DNA of 64,000 nt from an uncultured candidate division Zixibacteria bacterium (GTDB taxonomy: Bacteria > Zixibacteria > MSB-5A5 > UBA10806 > 4484-95), in the NCBI GenBank assembly GCA_963668625.2, contig CAXXKA010000008.1, positions 736,001 through 800,000 on the forward strand, written 5' to 3'. A program made the translations under genes and the position numbers. The notes beneath the pieces were generated by a model that saw only the letters and a list, made by a program, of their open reading frames with translations, was not told the origin of the DNA and made no database searches. This document shows, one piece after another, positions 42,247 through 53,700 of the stretch. Within the stretch, counting starts at the first letter, position 1, and each line of letters opens with the position of its first letter.

Positions 42247-44103
42247 ATGTTTAAAAATGTTGCTAGCCCTATAAGCCTGGCTTATTTGTGTGCTTTATTT
42301 ATATTATTTCCAGAATGCCTGTTCGGGCAGACCACGCCGGCGGCGGAATATCTGTACGATTCCGTGATGGTGGAAATCCATCCCGATTACACCGCCGATA
42401 TTACCTACAAGAAATGCATACGATTCAACCGGGCCGGAGCCGATAAGTATTCGATTCTCAGGGTACCGGTTAATCAGCATATAGATTTCTCGCCGATTAA
42501 TTTCTCGACTCGCTTACCCGATGGCAGGGAACTGACTCTAGAACGGGGTGATATCGAGACTATCTCGGATTTCTCACCTCGTTACTACCCTGAAAGCAAA
42601 ACCAAGGTAATCTATATTCCCTCTCCCAGAGCCGGCGCCGTAGCCGAAATAGCCTATCGTCTGAAATTCGAAAGCCTGCTTTACCTGCCTCGATTTTTCC
42701 GTCAATATGATATACCCTCTAATAATTCTTATTTCGAGGTTAAATCGGGAATCCCCTACGCGTACTATATATCCGAATCATTAGAAATTGGTTTTTTACC
42801 CGATTCCATCCTGGCGGTATTCGCGCCGAGCATACCGGCCAGGATAGTAGAGCCGCATATGCCGGCTCATGATGACTACCAGATTCTGATCAAGCCTGAT
42901 TCCGTGGATTATATGGAAGGCAGGTATGGTTTTTCGCGCTGGCCGGATGTCGCTAATTTCTATAACGATATTTCACCAATGCATGATACGAACGATCTAC
43001 CAATCGTAATAAGAAACCTGGCTGACAGCCTGGTCTCAGGAAGAAATTCGCGAGCTGATTCGCTGGAGTCATTGCTGGGCTATGTATTGAATAATATCCG
43101 CTATATTTCCATGGATATAGGACGGGGCGAGTTCAAACCACTCGAGGCGGTCGAGGTTCTGAGCAAACGTTATGGTGATTGTAAAGACCAGTCGGCGCTT
43201 TTAGTCTCGTTATGTCGGGCTGTCGGGTTCAAGGCTGACCCGGCTTTAATGACCACCAGAGAGAAACCGGATGTTATCATCGAGATGCCCTGGCCGGGGT
43301 TTTTCAATCATGTAATTACCGCGGTCGATACGGGTAACGGCTATCTTTTCCTCGATGCCAGCCAGGCGACCTGTTGTTTCGGTAACCTCCCTTTCAGCCT
43401 GCGTAACCGCCGGGCATTGATATGTGGCGATTCCCCGTTTTTGGAATTCACTCTCACCTCGCCGTACGGACGAAACAATGATATCGATATCGATATGACT
43501 TATAACCTCAACGGCGGTAGTGATATGCGGGTGGATGTGCAAATAGAGATATTCCGCGACCCGGCGCATGTTTTCCATTCACCGAACGACAGGCAAACGC
43601 TTTCTAACGTTATTTACACTTTATTCAGCGAGGATATACTTGGCAGGTACAGCAATAATTTTCGTGCTGAAACTAACAGTCCCGATTATATCAAGATTAT
43701 AGGTGTTTTTTACGAGAATCTGACCGAGAGTAAGCCCGGATCCAGGATGCTCGTTACTACACAATCTCCTTATGTAAAAACATTACGGAATTTCTTCGTG
43801 CTCTCCGGGCGAACCAATCCCTATGAATTCGATTATTCTTTTAACGTGAATGAAACGGTTAATTTCAATATCGGTAACGATTACGAGGCGGAAAATGATT
43901 CACTCGTTATTTCTTTCAATGAACGTGGATTGAACGCCGAGTTAAGCGTACTCACGAATGATAATAACTGCCGGATTAGTAAAAGTTTCCAGTTGTTTAA
44001 CTATACACTTTCGGCGGATAGATATAACAGGTTCGCTGATTTTCTTTTAATTGCCTCACAAATTGGTTATAATTCGATAGAGTTAACCAAGGGGAAAAGA
44101 TAA
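42247..44103 (+). CDS. DUF3857 + transglutaminase-like protein, catalytic triad intact
   Basis: IRY.S, YGDCKDQS, FNHVI, LDA. Confidence 0.88.
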   Translation: MFKNVASPISLAYLCALFILFPECLFGQTTPAAEYLYDSVMVEIHPDYTADITYKKCIRFNRAGADKYSILRVPVNQHIDFSPINFSTRLPDGRELTLERGDIETISDFSPRYYPESKTKVIYIPSPRAGAVAEIAYRLKFESLLYLPRFFRQYDIPSNNSYFEVKSGIPYAYYISESLEIGFLPDSILAVFAPSIPARIVEPHMPAHDDYQILIKPDSVDYMEGRYGFSRWPDVANFYNDISPMHDTNDLPIVIRNLADSLVSGRNSRADSLESLLGYVLNNIRYISMDIGRGEFKPLEAVEVLSKRYGDCKDQSALLVSLCRAVGFKADPALMTTREKPDVIIEMPWPGFFNHVITAVDTGNGYLFLDASQATCCFGNLPFSLRNRRALICGDSPFLEFTLTSPYGRNNDIDIDMTYNLNGGSDMRVDVQIEIFRDPAHVFHSPNDRQTLSNVIYTLFSEDILGRYSNNFRAETNSPDYIKIIGVFYENLTESKPGSRMLVTTQSPYVKTLRNFFVLSGRTNPYEFDYSFNVNETVNFNIGNDYEAENDSLVISFNERGLNAELSVLTNDNNCRISKSFQLFNYTLSADRYNRFADFLLIASQIGYNSIELTKGKR

Positions 44104-44116
44104 TCGGAGGGCCTGG

Positions 44117-46009
44117 TTGATAAAGCGATTCTTATTCATCATAGCGCTCTTTTTAACGTATAACGGGCCTGCTGTCTGCCAGGATTCGCCCCTGTTGTTG
44201 GGAACACTGGCAACTTATCCGGGGCAGGAGGCGGTATACCTGAATATCACCGACAGCACCGGCGTTAATTTTCAGGAGGGCGTATATATCTACAACCGCT
44301 TTTTCAAGTCGGAGGCGATAGTACTTCGCAAAGGTGGAGGAGGTATAGCCAGCGCCGCCACGCCTATCATATCGGACAAGGATAAAATAGAGGTTACGGC
44401 TTATACGATAACTCCCGAAAACGACACCATCCGGGTAGCCGACGATGAGATAACCACGCTGGAGCTTTTCGGTGACAAGAAACGGTATCTGGTGTCATTC
44501 CCCGATGCCCGTGCCGGAGCTATTTTCGTCATGCAATGGCGCATTGTCTCTATCGAGCCTGTGTTTTCCGGCCGGCGTTTTCTGGGAAGAACATATCCTG
44601 TTATATTGAGCCGAACAATTATAAGCGCGCCGACGAGCTGGGTATTTCGTTTCCTGGTTAAACCCTCGTTTATTTGCCGACGGGATCGCTCGCGGGAATA
44701 TATCCGGGATGAGGAATTGTGGATTAACTACGGTTGGGAGGCGAATTCTCTGCCGGGTTTGATTTTCGAGGAGGACAGCCCGCCAGCCTCTGATTTGATA
44801 CCCTGCCTGTACTACGCTTTCTCACACGATAAACGCTGGCCGAATATCGAGGATAACAAAATTGATTGGCCGCTCATATCGAATTCTTACGGCAGGCATG
44901 TTTTCGAAATAGGCAGGCCTAAAAACGAGATTAAAGATGAGGTCAAGTATCTTGTCGAGGGCGTATCCGAAAAACGCGAGAAACTCGCCAAGATAGTGAG
45001 TTTCGTGACGACGAATTTCCAATCGGTTTATTCCGATATCGATATCTCGGACGCTCCCTGGAATTTACTAACGCGTGGTTACGGCTCTCAGGCGGAGGCG
45101 GCAGTACTGGTGGGATCTTTTCTACAGGCCGCTGATATTCCGTTCGGTTACGTGCTTATCTCCACCCGGGGTAACGGCGATCCGATCAAGACGTTGCCGG
45201 CGCTTTTCTATTTTAATCGTTTATTGCTGGCAACTTATATCGATTCAGATACGTTATGGATTGATCCGAACTATCGCGGCGCGCCAATCGGGGTGCTGCC
45301 TTTCGAGGATCAGGCGGTGGAGGGATTAGTGGTTGGCCACAAATCCGGTGAATTCATAACAACCCCGATATCCGATTACCGGGAGAACGGCCATGCGACA
45401 AGGCTTACTATCAAGTTCAACGATAATGAACTGATCGCCGATGGGGTAGAGTTGCTCTCCGGAGCGCTCAATATAGAGGAGAAACATATCCTTCAGAATA
45501 TGACCGAGCAGGAGCGCTATGAACGCTGGGCAAGGCTGACCTCGGAGGGTATACCCGGGGCTGTTCTGGATGAGTTGGAGTTTCATGATATTTTTACCGA
45601 TGTCAACCCGTTCAAAATCAGTTACCGTCTTAAGGCGCCCGGTTACATCAAGTCGGCCGATCAACGACTGTATATCCCGATGGATATACTCGGGCGCTGG
45701 CAGATGAGCACCAACTACGATAATAGGAAACTGCCGATCGAACTGGGAAGACCACTATCGCAGCAGGAGCGGATTACTATCGAGATACCACCGGGATACA
45801 AGGTGGAGAACCTTCCCGAAAACTTCACGCTTAATACCTACCTGGGGGAGATACTTTCGGTCGCGGTTGTCACCGCCAATGCCATAACGGTTACTCGTGG
45901 ACTTGGCTTGAAACCGTATACGTTAAAACCAAGCGAGGCGGGAAGCTTGAACGGTTTTTTCAATACCGCCAGCGATCAAGCCGGGAAATACATAATACTC
46001 AGGAGATAA
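44117..46009 (+). CDS. DUF3857/DUF3858 transglutaminase-like paralog, catalytically degenerate
   Basis: YGSQAEAA and FNRLL replace GDCKD and FNH; C-terminal IEIPPGYKVENLP. Confidence 0.8.
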   Translation: MIKRFLFIIALFLTYNGPAVCQDSPLLLGTLATYPGQEAVYLNITDSTGVNFQEGVYIYNRFFKSEAIVLRKGGGGIASAATPIISDKDKIEVTAYTITPENDTIRVADDEITTLELFGDKKRYLVSFPDARAGAIFVMQWRIVSIEPVFSGRRFLGRTYPVILSRTIISAPTSWVFRFLVKPSFICRRDRSREYIRDEELWINYGWEANSLPGLIFEEDSPPASDLIPCLYYAFSHDKRWPNIEDNKIDWPLISNSYGRHVFEIGRPKNEIKDEVKYLVEGVSEKREKLAKIVSFVTTNFQSVYSDIDISDAPWNLLTRGYGSQAEAAVLVGSFLQAADIPFGYVLISTRGNGDPIKTLPALFYFNRLLLATYIDSDTLWIDPNYRGAPIGVLPFEDQAVEGLVVGHKSGEFITTPISDYRENGHATRLTIKFNDNELIADGVELLSGALNIEEKHILQNMTEQERYERWARLTSEGIPGAVLDELEFHDIFTDVNPFKISYRLKAPGYIKSADQRLYIPMDILGRWQMSTNYDNRKLPIELGRPLSQQERITIEIPPGYKVENLPENFTLNTYLGEILSVAVVTANAITVTRGLGLKPYTLKPSEAGSLNGFFNTASDQAGKYIILRR

Positions 46010-46010
46010 G

Positions 46011-46823
46011 ATGCCGGAATTACCGGAGGTAGAAACAATAGCGCGAGATTTGAACGCCGCTTTAAAAGGCCAGAGCGTTATCGAGGCTGAATTTCTCAAT
46101 ACCGCTATTCGCGAAAATTGCAATCTGTATGATCCCTCGCGGCTCTCAAGACACAGTCTGGAAAATATAAGCCGCCGTGGCAAAAACCTGATCTTCCATT
46201 TTAGCGGCGGCCTGGCAATGGTTTGCCATCTTAAAATGACCGGCCGGCTTATCGTGGATGCCGATTTACGGGAGAATAAAAAACACCTCCATTTCAGGAT
46301 AAAATTCGATAAATCTGATTTGAGTTTTTTCGATGTGCGCAAGTTCGGCCGGATTTGCATTACCTCGGAGAATTTGTTAGATAAACATCCCCGATTGGGC
46401 AAACTCGGGCCGGAACCCTTTGATATCGAGCCGGAGGAGTTTGTCGCGCTCGTAAAAAGACGTCACAAAGCGATAAAGCTGGTGTTACTCGATCAACAGA
46501 TATTAGCCGGGATGGGAAATATCTACACTGATGAGGCGCTTTTCGACGCCGGTATCCGTCCGACGTTAAAGCCGGATAGAATCTCGAAAGCGAAATTGAT
46601 TGAACTGCATGGTTCGATTATCAAAGTTCTTAATATCGCTATCAACAATCGCGGTTCCTCCATAGATGATTACCTGGACGGTCGCGGTCAGAAAGGTAAT
46701 TTCCAAAAACTAATAAAAGTGTATGGAAAAACCGATAAAAACTGTGTGAACTGCGATACTAAATACAAACGAATAATAATCGGTGGGCGTTCGACTCACT
46801 ATTGTCCCAAATGCCAAAAATGA
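46011..46823 (+). CDS. mutM: Formamidopyrimidine-DNA glycosylase
   Basis: PELPEVE, RRGK, HLKMTG, GMGNIY.DE, C-terminal CxxC...CxxCQ zinc finger. Confidence 0.97.
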   Translation: MPELPEVETIARDLNAALKGQSVIEAEFLNTAIRENCNLYDPSRLSRHSLENISRRGKNLIFHFSGGLAMVCHLKMTGRLIVDADLRENKKHLHFRIKFDKSDLSFFDVRKFGRICITSENLLDKHPRLGKLGPEPFDIEPEEFVALVKRRHKAIKLVLLDQQILAGMGNIYTDEALFDAGIRPTLKPDRISKAKLIELHGSIIKVLNIAINNRGSSIDDYLDGRGQKGNFQKLIKVYGKTDKNCVNCDTKYKRIIIGGRSTHYCPKCQK

Positions 46824-47767
46824 ATAAAACATACAACCTGGCGTTCGCGCTCGGCGGCGGCGGCGCTCGCGGTGTCGCTCATATAGGTGTGCTTAAGGTT
46901 TTGGAGCGCGAAGGCATCGTGCCCGATTTAATCGTCGGGACTTCCATGGGTTCGATAATAGGCGGGATGTATGCGCAGCTCGCCGACGCTAAAGCTGTCG
47001 AGGAGAAAGCGCTGGGATTTATCGATAAATTCGTTAAAGAACAGCGCTGGGCAAGCGTGTTGAGTACACAGAAAAAGGAAAGCGAAAAATCTCTGTTAGC
47101 CGAACTTTCCGAGTACGTGCAGAAAAGATTCATCGGTTATAAAGCGCTTACCCAGATTTCCATAGAGCCTAAAGAATCTCTTTTCGAGCCGCTCAAGGAT
47201 ATTCTGATAGACAACAATATTGAGGATTGTAAAATACCATTCGCGGCGGTCAGTCTCGATCTTGTCACCGGCGATACTATAGTGATGCGCGAAGGATCTA
47301 TGCTGGATGCTATCTATGCCTCCTCGGCTATCGAGGGCGTGTTTCCCCCGCTTGAATATAACGGTGGTCTTCTGGGGGATGGCGGCCCGGTAAGTATCAC
47401 GCCTATAGAGGTAGCTAAAAAGCTCGAGTCGCGCTATGTAGTCGGCAGCGATGTTCATCACCGCATTCAGAAAGTGCAGAAATTCGCCAGCGGGCTGGAG
47501 GTGATGCTGCGTGCCGATAACGTCGGCTTGAATCGCCTGAGGCAGATTGAACTATCTTACGCCGATGTCGTTATCGGGCCGAAAGTCGGCTCCATCCACT
47601 GGGCTAATTTCAATAAAGCCAGAGAGTGTATAAGAAGAGGCGAACAGGCCGCCGAGATGATGTTGCCGCGAATAATGGAAATGCAGAAGAGGAGAGGATT
47701 TTTCAAACAGCTTAAACAAGGCGTTCAGCTTTTGTTCAAGGATCTCTCCGAGGGCGATTATCGCTGA
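46820..47767 (+). CDS. Patatin-like phospholipase
   Basis: GGGGARG, GTSMG, DGG. Confidence 0.93.
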   Translation: MNKTYNLAFALGGGGARGVAHIGVLKVLEREGIVPDLIVGTSMGSIIGGMYAQLADAKAVEEKALGFIDKFVKEQRWASVLSTQKKESEKSLLAELSEYVQKRFIGYKALTQISIEPKESLFEPLKDILIDNNIEDCKIPFAAVSLDLVTGDTIVMREGSMLDAIYASSAIEGVFPPLEYNGGLLGDGGPVSITPIEVAKKLESRYVVGSDVHHRIQKVQKFASGLEVMLRADNVGLNRLRQIELSYADVVIGPKVGSIHWANFNKARECIRRGEQAAEMMLPRIMEMQKRRGFFKQLKQGVQLLFKDLSEGDYR

Positions 47768-48134
47768 GCAATCTCGAAAATTTATATCTATGATGCCCGA
47801 ATATCTTATAAGCTAAACCGACTGATTGTTTTATCATTGGTATGGAAATTATATATCCTAGAATTTTATGCGCGCCGTTCATGCTTTTTAATATCATGAT
47901 GATAGCATTAGCTCCCGTGTAAACATTGTTACCCTCGATATATACTATTGACTTTTTGAAGCTTTCCCGATTGATATTCGATTGACCGGTGTTATTTCGA
48001 TAATCTTTCGACTGCTTGTATACGATGTTGGAATCGTTCAACCTGTTGCGCGTTTTATCGACAGCAGTCCGGCAAACCAGGCAATCGCCATCATAGATGA
48101 TCTCTTTCGTTCGAGTTTTCGAATTACCGGCCAT
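47736..48134 (-). CDS. DCC1-like thiol-disulfide oxidoreductase (DUF393)
   Basis: IIYDGDCLVC, YTGANA, AY.IF..HRY. Confidence 0.8.
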   Translation of the reverse strand: MAGNSKTRTKEIIYDGDCLVCRTAVDKTRNRLNDSNIVYKQSKDYRNNTGQSNINRESFKKSIVYIEGNNVYTGANAIIMILKSMNGAHKILGYIISIPMIKQSVGLAYKIFGHHRYKFSRLLSDNRPRRDP

Positions 48135-48233
48135 AATTATCCTTACCGAAGTAAGCTCCCCTCCGCATATCAACGGAGGGGAACCCGAGGAGGATGCTAA
48201 ATTTCCATAATAGTAACTTTATTGAAGCAGCCA

Positions 48234-48866
48234 TCAAGACCGCTTGACGAGCTTTTTGTAACGTTCGTTTATTCTCTCCCAATTCAAGTTGGCGAAGAAA
48301 TTATCGATGTATTTCGCGCGGGCAGGGCCATCCTTATGGTAATAAGCATGCTCGAAAACATCACAGGATATAAGCGGAATTCCTCCCCAGATAGCGCCGT
48401 AATGATGCTCATCCACGAGCACGTTCAGCAACCTTCCGGAGTACAAAGAATCGAACGCCAGCACGCCCCAGCCGGAAAGTTTGGCCGAGAACGCGGTAGC
48501 TTTAAAATCCTCTTTCCATTTTTCGATACTGCCGAACTCACTCTCGATGGCGGCTTTTATTTCTGGGCCTTTAGACGGGTTGCCATCTCCACCCAGAACT
48601 TCCCAGTAGACATCATGTAAAAGCGCGCCGGCGTGGTTCCATGTCTGGCGCCTCTTCAACTCGCCGAAATCCGACCAGTTGCCGTTAGCTGTCGATTTAT
48701 CGGCATCCCTAAGTTTCTCCTCGATTTTATTCAAGAAGGTAACATAACCTTTGTGATGCGTGTTGTAATGCCAATCTGAGGTCTCCGGGGAGACAACATC
48801 CTTTAAAAGCTCTTTAGCTTTATCATCATCGTAAGGACGTGGATTGAATTTCCATTCGTAAGCCAT
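48234..48866 (-). CDS. sod: Fe/Mn superoxide dismutase
   Basis: HYNTHHKGY, LLHDVYW, DVFEHAYY. Confidence 0.95.
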   Translation of the reverse strand: MAYEWKFNPRPYDDDKAKELLKDVVSPETSDWHYNTHHKGYVTFLNKIEEKLRDADKSTANGNWSDFGELKRRQTWNHAGALLHDVYWEVLGGDGNPSKGPEIKAAIESEFGSIEKWKEDFKATAFSAKLSGWGVLAFDSLYSGRLLNVLVDEHHYGAIWGGIPLISCDVFEHAYYHKDGPARAKYIDNFFANLNWERINERYKKLVKRS

Positions 48867-48983
48867 ATTAAAACTCCCAAAGTTTTAAATTAGAGGTTTC
48901 GGCCGGGTCATTTTCGGGCCCGGCCAGTGTTGTCAAACCAACATGGGCTACAACCATACCTTTGTTTATTATGTTCCTGATTC

Positions 48984-48998
48984 TGATAATTATTATCA
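48984..48998. promoter_or_regulatory. Fur-family box upstream of sod
   Basis: TGATAAT-T-ATTATCA, perfect 7-1-7 inverted repeat. Confidence 0.7.
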
Positions 48999-49159
48999 AT
49001 ATATACGTATTGTTTTCATGCGAATAGTTTGCCTATAGATATATTTCTGTTTCAACGGGGTGTAACATCTTCGTTAATAGCTCAAATGACCCGACTATTG
49101 AGCCGATTTAGAGAACAGTAATAGAAAGGGTAAATGTAACATCCAAGTGGAGGTTTATA

Positions 49160-50437
49160 ATGAATGCAAGCCGGGCAACCATGGTTATGATTTATATGGG
49201 CACGCTGCTGATATCTGTATTATCGTTTTTTACCACGTATAAAGGTATGAATATTATACTTTCGTGGGAACTGGCGCTTCTGGGTTCGCTGGGTTTGCAA
49301 ACCGCGATGCTGGGGATTGCCTGGAGCCTTATAAAGATTAAGGATAATCGGAGTAGCTACATTATGGCTTTTACGGTAGCGGCTTCTTTTTCGATATTTT
49401 TCTCCTACGCCAGTTTCGATACTAATCTTAAGGAAAACACCCGCCCACGGGAAATGCGTAACGCATATTACGAAACCTCCATGCCGGTAATGGCCGACTA
49501 TTCTCGTCTGGCAAAAAACGCTGGTTTAATCAGCCAGTATCAGGTTGACCGCTTGAAACGTATAATCGAGATGGAGCAGGAGAAAGGCTGGGCGACTATA
49601 ATCGATGAGGGCAGCCAGGACAAATTCATCCAGTCGATAATCGAGGGCGCGCGTGTCACGGTAGATTCGTGGCGTAGATCGACAGGCACGGATTACCGTC
49701 AAGGTAAAGGCAAGGGAATAATAACCAACTACCTGGAAAGCCGTCAGGACCAGGCCCGAAATAATTATATTAAGATACGCGAGTACTCCGATTATGTCGA
49801 TTCGCTGGCATTGAAATTGAACGCCGATATGATGGTCGAGAGGCAACATGAGTTGGTGAATAAAGCCTATGTGAGTTTCCCGGTGAGCGTGGTAAATATG
49901 ATCAAGTATGACTCCGAGACGATCAATCTTCCGGCCCCGCCGATGCCGACCGAATTCGCGGAAGCTCCGGCCAATACTCAGCAAGCGCTCATGATGGTCA
50001 TTGGCGATTTGTATGAGATGGATAAACTCACATTGCTGGCGCTTCTACTGGCAATCGCCATAGATTTCATTGTCATCGCCATCGCATTCGCCGGCTCGCA
50101 CATTATGGCCAAGGCGGATGTGCTACTGGATCGTATCGAGGGCGAATCGCTGAGACGCATGAAAAATATCGAGGTCGATGATGTGGAGAATTTCAACAAG
50201 TTCCTCGACACTAACCTGAACGCCTACAAGAAAGCCGCCCAGTACGGTAAGGATATCGACAAGATACTGGACGATTACCAGAATGCCAAGAACCGCTTAC
50301 AGGAGCTTAACAAGCGCAACTTATCGCCCCAGCACGAGGATTCAGGTATTCAACCGTTGATCGTTAAAGATCGCTCCCGTCTGGATAAATGGCTTAGCTC
50401 TAGCAAGCAGGCGAAAAAGGAACGTAACAGCGCCTAG
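49160..50437 (+). CDS. Hypothetical membrane protein (3 N-terminal TM, helical domain, 1 TM, coiled-coil tail)
   Basis: GGAGG RBS; hydropathy pattern. Confidence 0.8.
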   Translation: MNASRATMVMIYMGTLLISVLSFFTTYKGMNIILSWELALLGSLGLQTAMLGIAWSLIKIKDNRSSYIMAFTVAASFSIFFSYASFDTNLKENTRPREMRNAYYETSMPVMADYSRLAKNAGLISQYQVDRLKRIIEMEQEKGWATIIDEGSQDKFIQSIIEGARVTVDSWRRSTGTDYRQGKGKGIITNYLESRQDQARNNYIKIREYSDYVDSLALKLNADMMVERQHELVNKAYVSFPVSVVNMIKYDSETINLPAPPMPTEFAEAPANTQQALMMVIGDLYEMDKLTLLALLLAIAIDFIVIAIAFAGSHIMAKADVLLDRIEGESLRRMKNIEVDDVENFNKFLDTNLNAYKKAAQYGKDIDKILDDYQNAKNRLQELNKRNLSPQHEDSGIQPLIVKDRSRLDKWLSSSKQAKKERNSA

Positions 50438-50490
50438 AACGTAAACCACCGTCTCATGTTGATGAGCGGATTTACATATACCCTTTCTCT

Positions 50491-50515
50491 GCCGGGCATG
50501 ATGCCTGGCTTTTTT
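50491..50515 (+). terminator. Intrinsic terminator
   Basis: GCCGGGCAT-G-ATGCCTGGC-TTTTTT. Confidence 0.7.
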
Positions 50516-50743
50516 GTTGAGAAATATATTGTGATGCCTTTCAAACACAGCTTAACACCTCGAAGGTTGGAGAGCCGCGGCTCTCGACTGACCTTCGCTG
50601 GAAATCAAAAATATAACTTTCATGTACAAACAGGTGTTCTGCATTTCAACGCGGGGAAACGAACAGGTCAAATTAGTGTGTATAGCGAATAGATAGAATG
50701 TCTGTTCCCAAAAGTAAAAGCATGCAGGAAGGACTCTGCTTGC

Positions 50744-53700
50744 CTATTTCCCATTCCCCCCGGCTTTACCGCTAAACTCTATAATCTGGCAGTTCTCTCT
50801 ATTAGGAGTGGGATTCAAACCCCTGAAATAATTAACGAGGTAAGAGACATCCGCGCCATGTAAGGCGCAATCGGCGTTGGCGTCACCGGCATACACCGGA
50901 TCAGGGGGGGCGCCGACGCCCCTGAAATAATTAACCAGGAAAGTTACATCCGAGCCTACTACCAGCCCGTCGGTGTTGGCATCCCCGGCCGGGAATATAT
51001 TTAGCTTTCTGACCTCAGGCCGAGGTAAGCCGCCGAAACGAATCAGGCTGTCGTCATCCTCGGCGAACACCCTCCAGTATAAATTGCCACCGGCGAGAGC
51101 CAGCGTATCCGTAATCATCGTCCTGAACGTATCGGTCAAACCCTCGCGGGTCAACACGAACAGGCTAAACAGGCTGTCAGGGGAAACCTGCAGGGTGTAC
51201 TCGATCTCGGCCAACGGGTCGTCATCCAATGACTTACCCCAGCTAAAATGAGTATAGTAGTCCACCCATTTGATATCCGGTTCGGGAATGTTAAGCGCAA
51301 AAGGTTCGGGCGGGTAATTATAATGATTAGTCCAGAAATGCTGCATTTCCGACCATTCGGATTCCAGCCCACCGTCATCTACAGATTTAACGAGATATAT
51401 CCACAGGCAGTTGTCGGGCATGGAGTCGGCTACGGTTACCTGGTTTATACCATCATTGGTGGTGAACCAGTACTCGAAATCACAGCCGGTGGATGTATCG
51501 GAAAACAGGTGAAATATATAGTGAAGATTATCGGCGTGATCGTCGGGATCAGGATCGGTGGCGCTGTTCCAGGTAATGGTAGGCGTAAGCGATATGACCT
51601 CCTCGTAATCCGCCGGAGAGAAACCTGACACGGGAGCATCAGGCGGCAGATTGGAGGTATTTACCTCGAATGTTTGAATCTCGGTCCAACTCGATTGAGC
51701 CGCGAAATCGTCCAGTGTGCTGATCCTATAGTACCAGATATCATCCGTTAAGGAATCGGTTACCATGTGATTGTTAATTCCTGCCGGAGTTGTGTATTGA
51801 AAGGCAGGATCATCATCGAACTCACCGTCGGAGTCGATCTGTATCAGGTATGATAAAACGCTCGGGTCATCAGATGGATCGGGATCCGAGGCATGATTCC
51901 AGTGAATCTCAGGCCATGAGGAATTCACCAGTTGCCCTCCTGATGGATACATCTCACCGGGAGGCGCAAACGGAGACTGGTTATCGTGGTTAACCCAGAA
52001 AGTTTGCACGAGAGACCACGGCGATGATAATCCGCCGTTATCGGTAGTACGGATACGGTAATACCAGCGGTTATCCTCAGTCAGCAAATGGCTTACCGTT
52101 ACGAAATTGATTCCTTCGGGCGTATCGTATTCAAAAGCATAATCCTCATCGAACTCGCCGTCAAAATCCAGTTGGATCGTGTATCTCAAGGTTGTGCTGT
52201 CATCTTCGGTATCGGCATCGAGAGCGTGATCCCAGGTTATTCGGGGTGTCTCGGTAGTCACCTCGGAATCATCCGAGGGTGAGTAGCCGCCCAGTGGCGG
52301 ATATGGAGCGTTATTGGGGCCGGTCTGCGCATCCCCGTAAAAGAAATAGCATTCGTCGGCTGTAAACGTCGAATGCAATCCAAAAGCATCCTGACTTTTT
52401 ATACGCCAATAATAAGTCGTATTCCAGTCGAGATTATCGATATCTATCAAATCTCCAAGCCGGATAGCAAACGCCTCATCTACCAATAAACTATGATCCG
52501 ATATTCTGGCTTGCACTATCTCAGGAGAGCTGAAATCTGAATTATCATCGATTTGAATGAGGTAAAACACGGTGTCGAAATCATCCGGGTCGGTTGCCGC
52601 CAGCCAGGAAAGGTAAGAATCATCATTTATGGTCGAGCCGTTAATCGGGGAGATAATCGTTGGCATGGTAGGGTAACCATCCAGGTAGAATTCCCACGAT
52701 TGGTTGCTGAGTCTGGGCTGGGAGTAATCGTTGGATGCCAGAACTTTCCAATAGTAACGGTCAGATCGAATTAATGAATCGGGATATATATAGAGAGTAT
52801 CGTATATCAGTTCGCTGGTATCGGGCGATTCGAACTGCGGATTATCATCCATAATGATATTGTAGTTCGCAGTGTATCCCGAATCGATGGTTACGGTTCC
52901 ATGCCAGGTAAAAACAGGAATCGCATCGATTTTAACCGCTTTATCCGCAGGCTGAATCAAGCTGAATGAATAGAACCAGGATTGGCCGTCATAGTAATAA
53001 GCGCCTATATCGGCTCTGGAGCCGTCAGGATCTAAAGGAGTCGAGGGATTGCCCCCGTCTATGCACGGCGATGACGGTAATAAATGAAAGTAATCAACTG
53101 TTGTATCGATAAACATCGGGTCCAGCTCGAAACACCCAATGCCGGGACCGATATTGTAATATTCGCCATTCTGGTTGCCAAACACGCAGCAATATCTGAA
53201 ATCCAAATCAGTTGAGGAAAAAGCGTAGATTCCATATGAGGTATTGAATGCAATGATATTATTGAGGATCTCGGTATTAGTGCTGCCGCCAATAGATATT
53301 CCGCCGACTCCCTGACTTGGGACAGTGTTTTTAACGACAGTATTATTGGTGAAGCTCGTTGAGGTAGCTTCCAGGATCAGGATGGTTGCCTCACTGTTCG
53401 TGCTGACATTATTATGAATCACATTTCTGGAAATATTTGCCGAACTTCGGAATACCTCAATACCGGGGCCGCCGTTCGAGGTATTTCCCTGTATGATATT
53501 CGAATTAATTTCCGCATCGGCATAGTACAGGAGTATTCCGCCTCCGTAACCGTCAGTTCTGGTATTGAATCGAATAATGTTATCCCTGATGATTGGCTTC
53601 GAGGATTCCTGGTTAACCATTATTCCACCTTTGGAATTGTATTCGATGATACATTGTTCGATAATGGGAGAGCTATTGGTGATTAAGATACCGGATTCGG

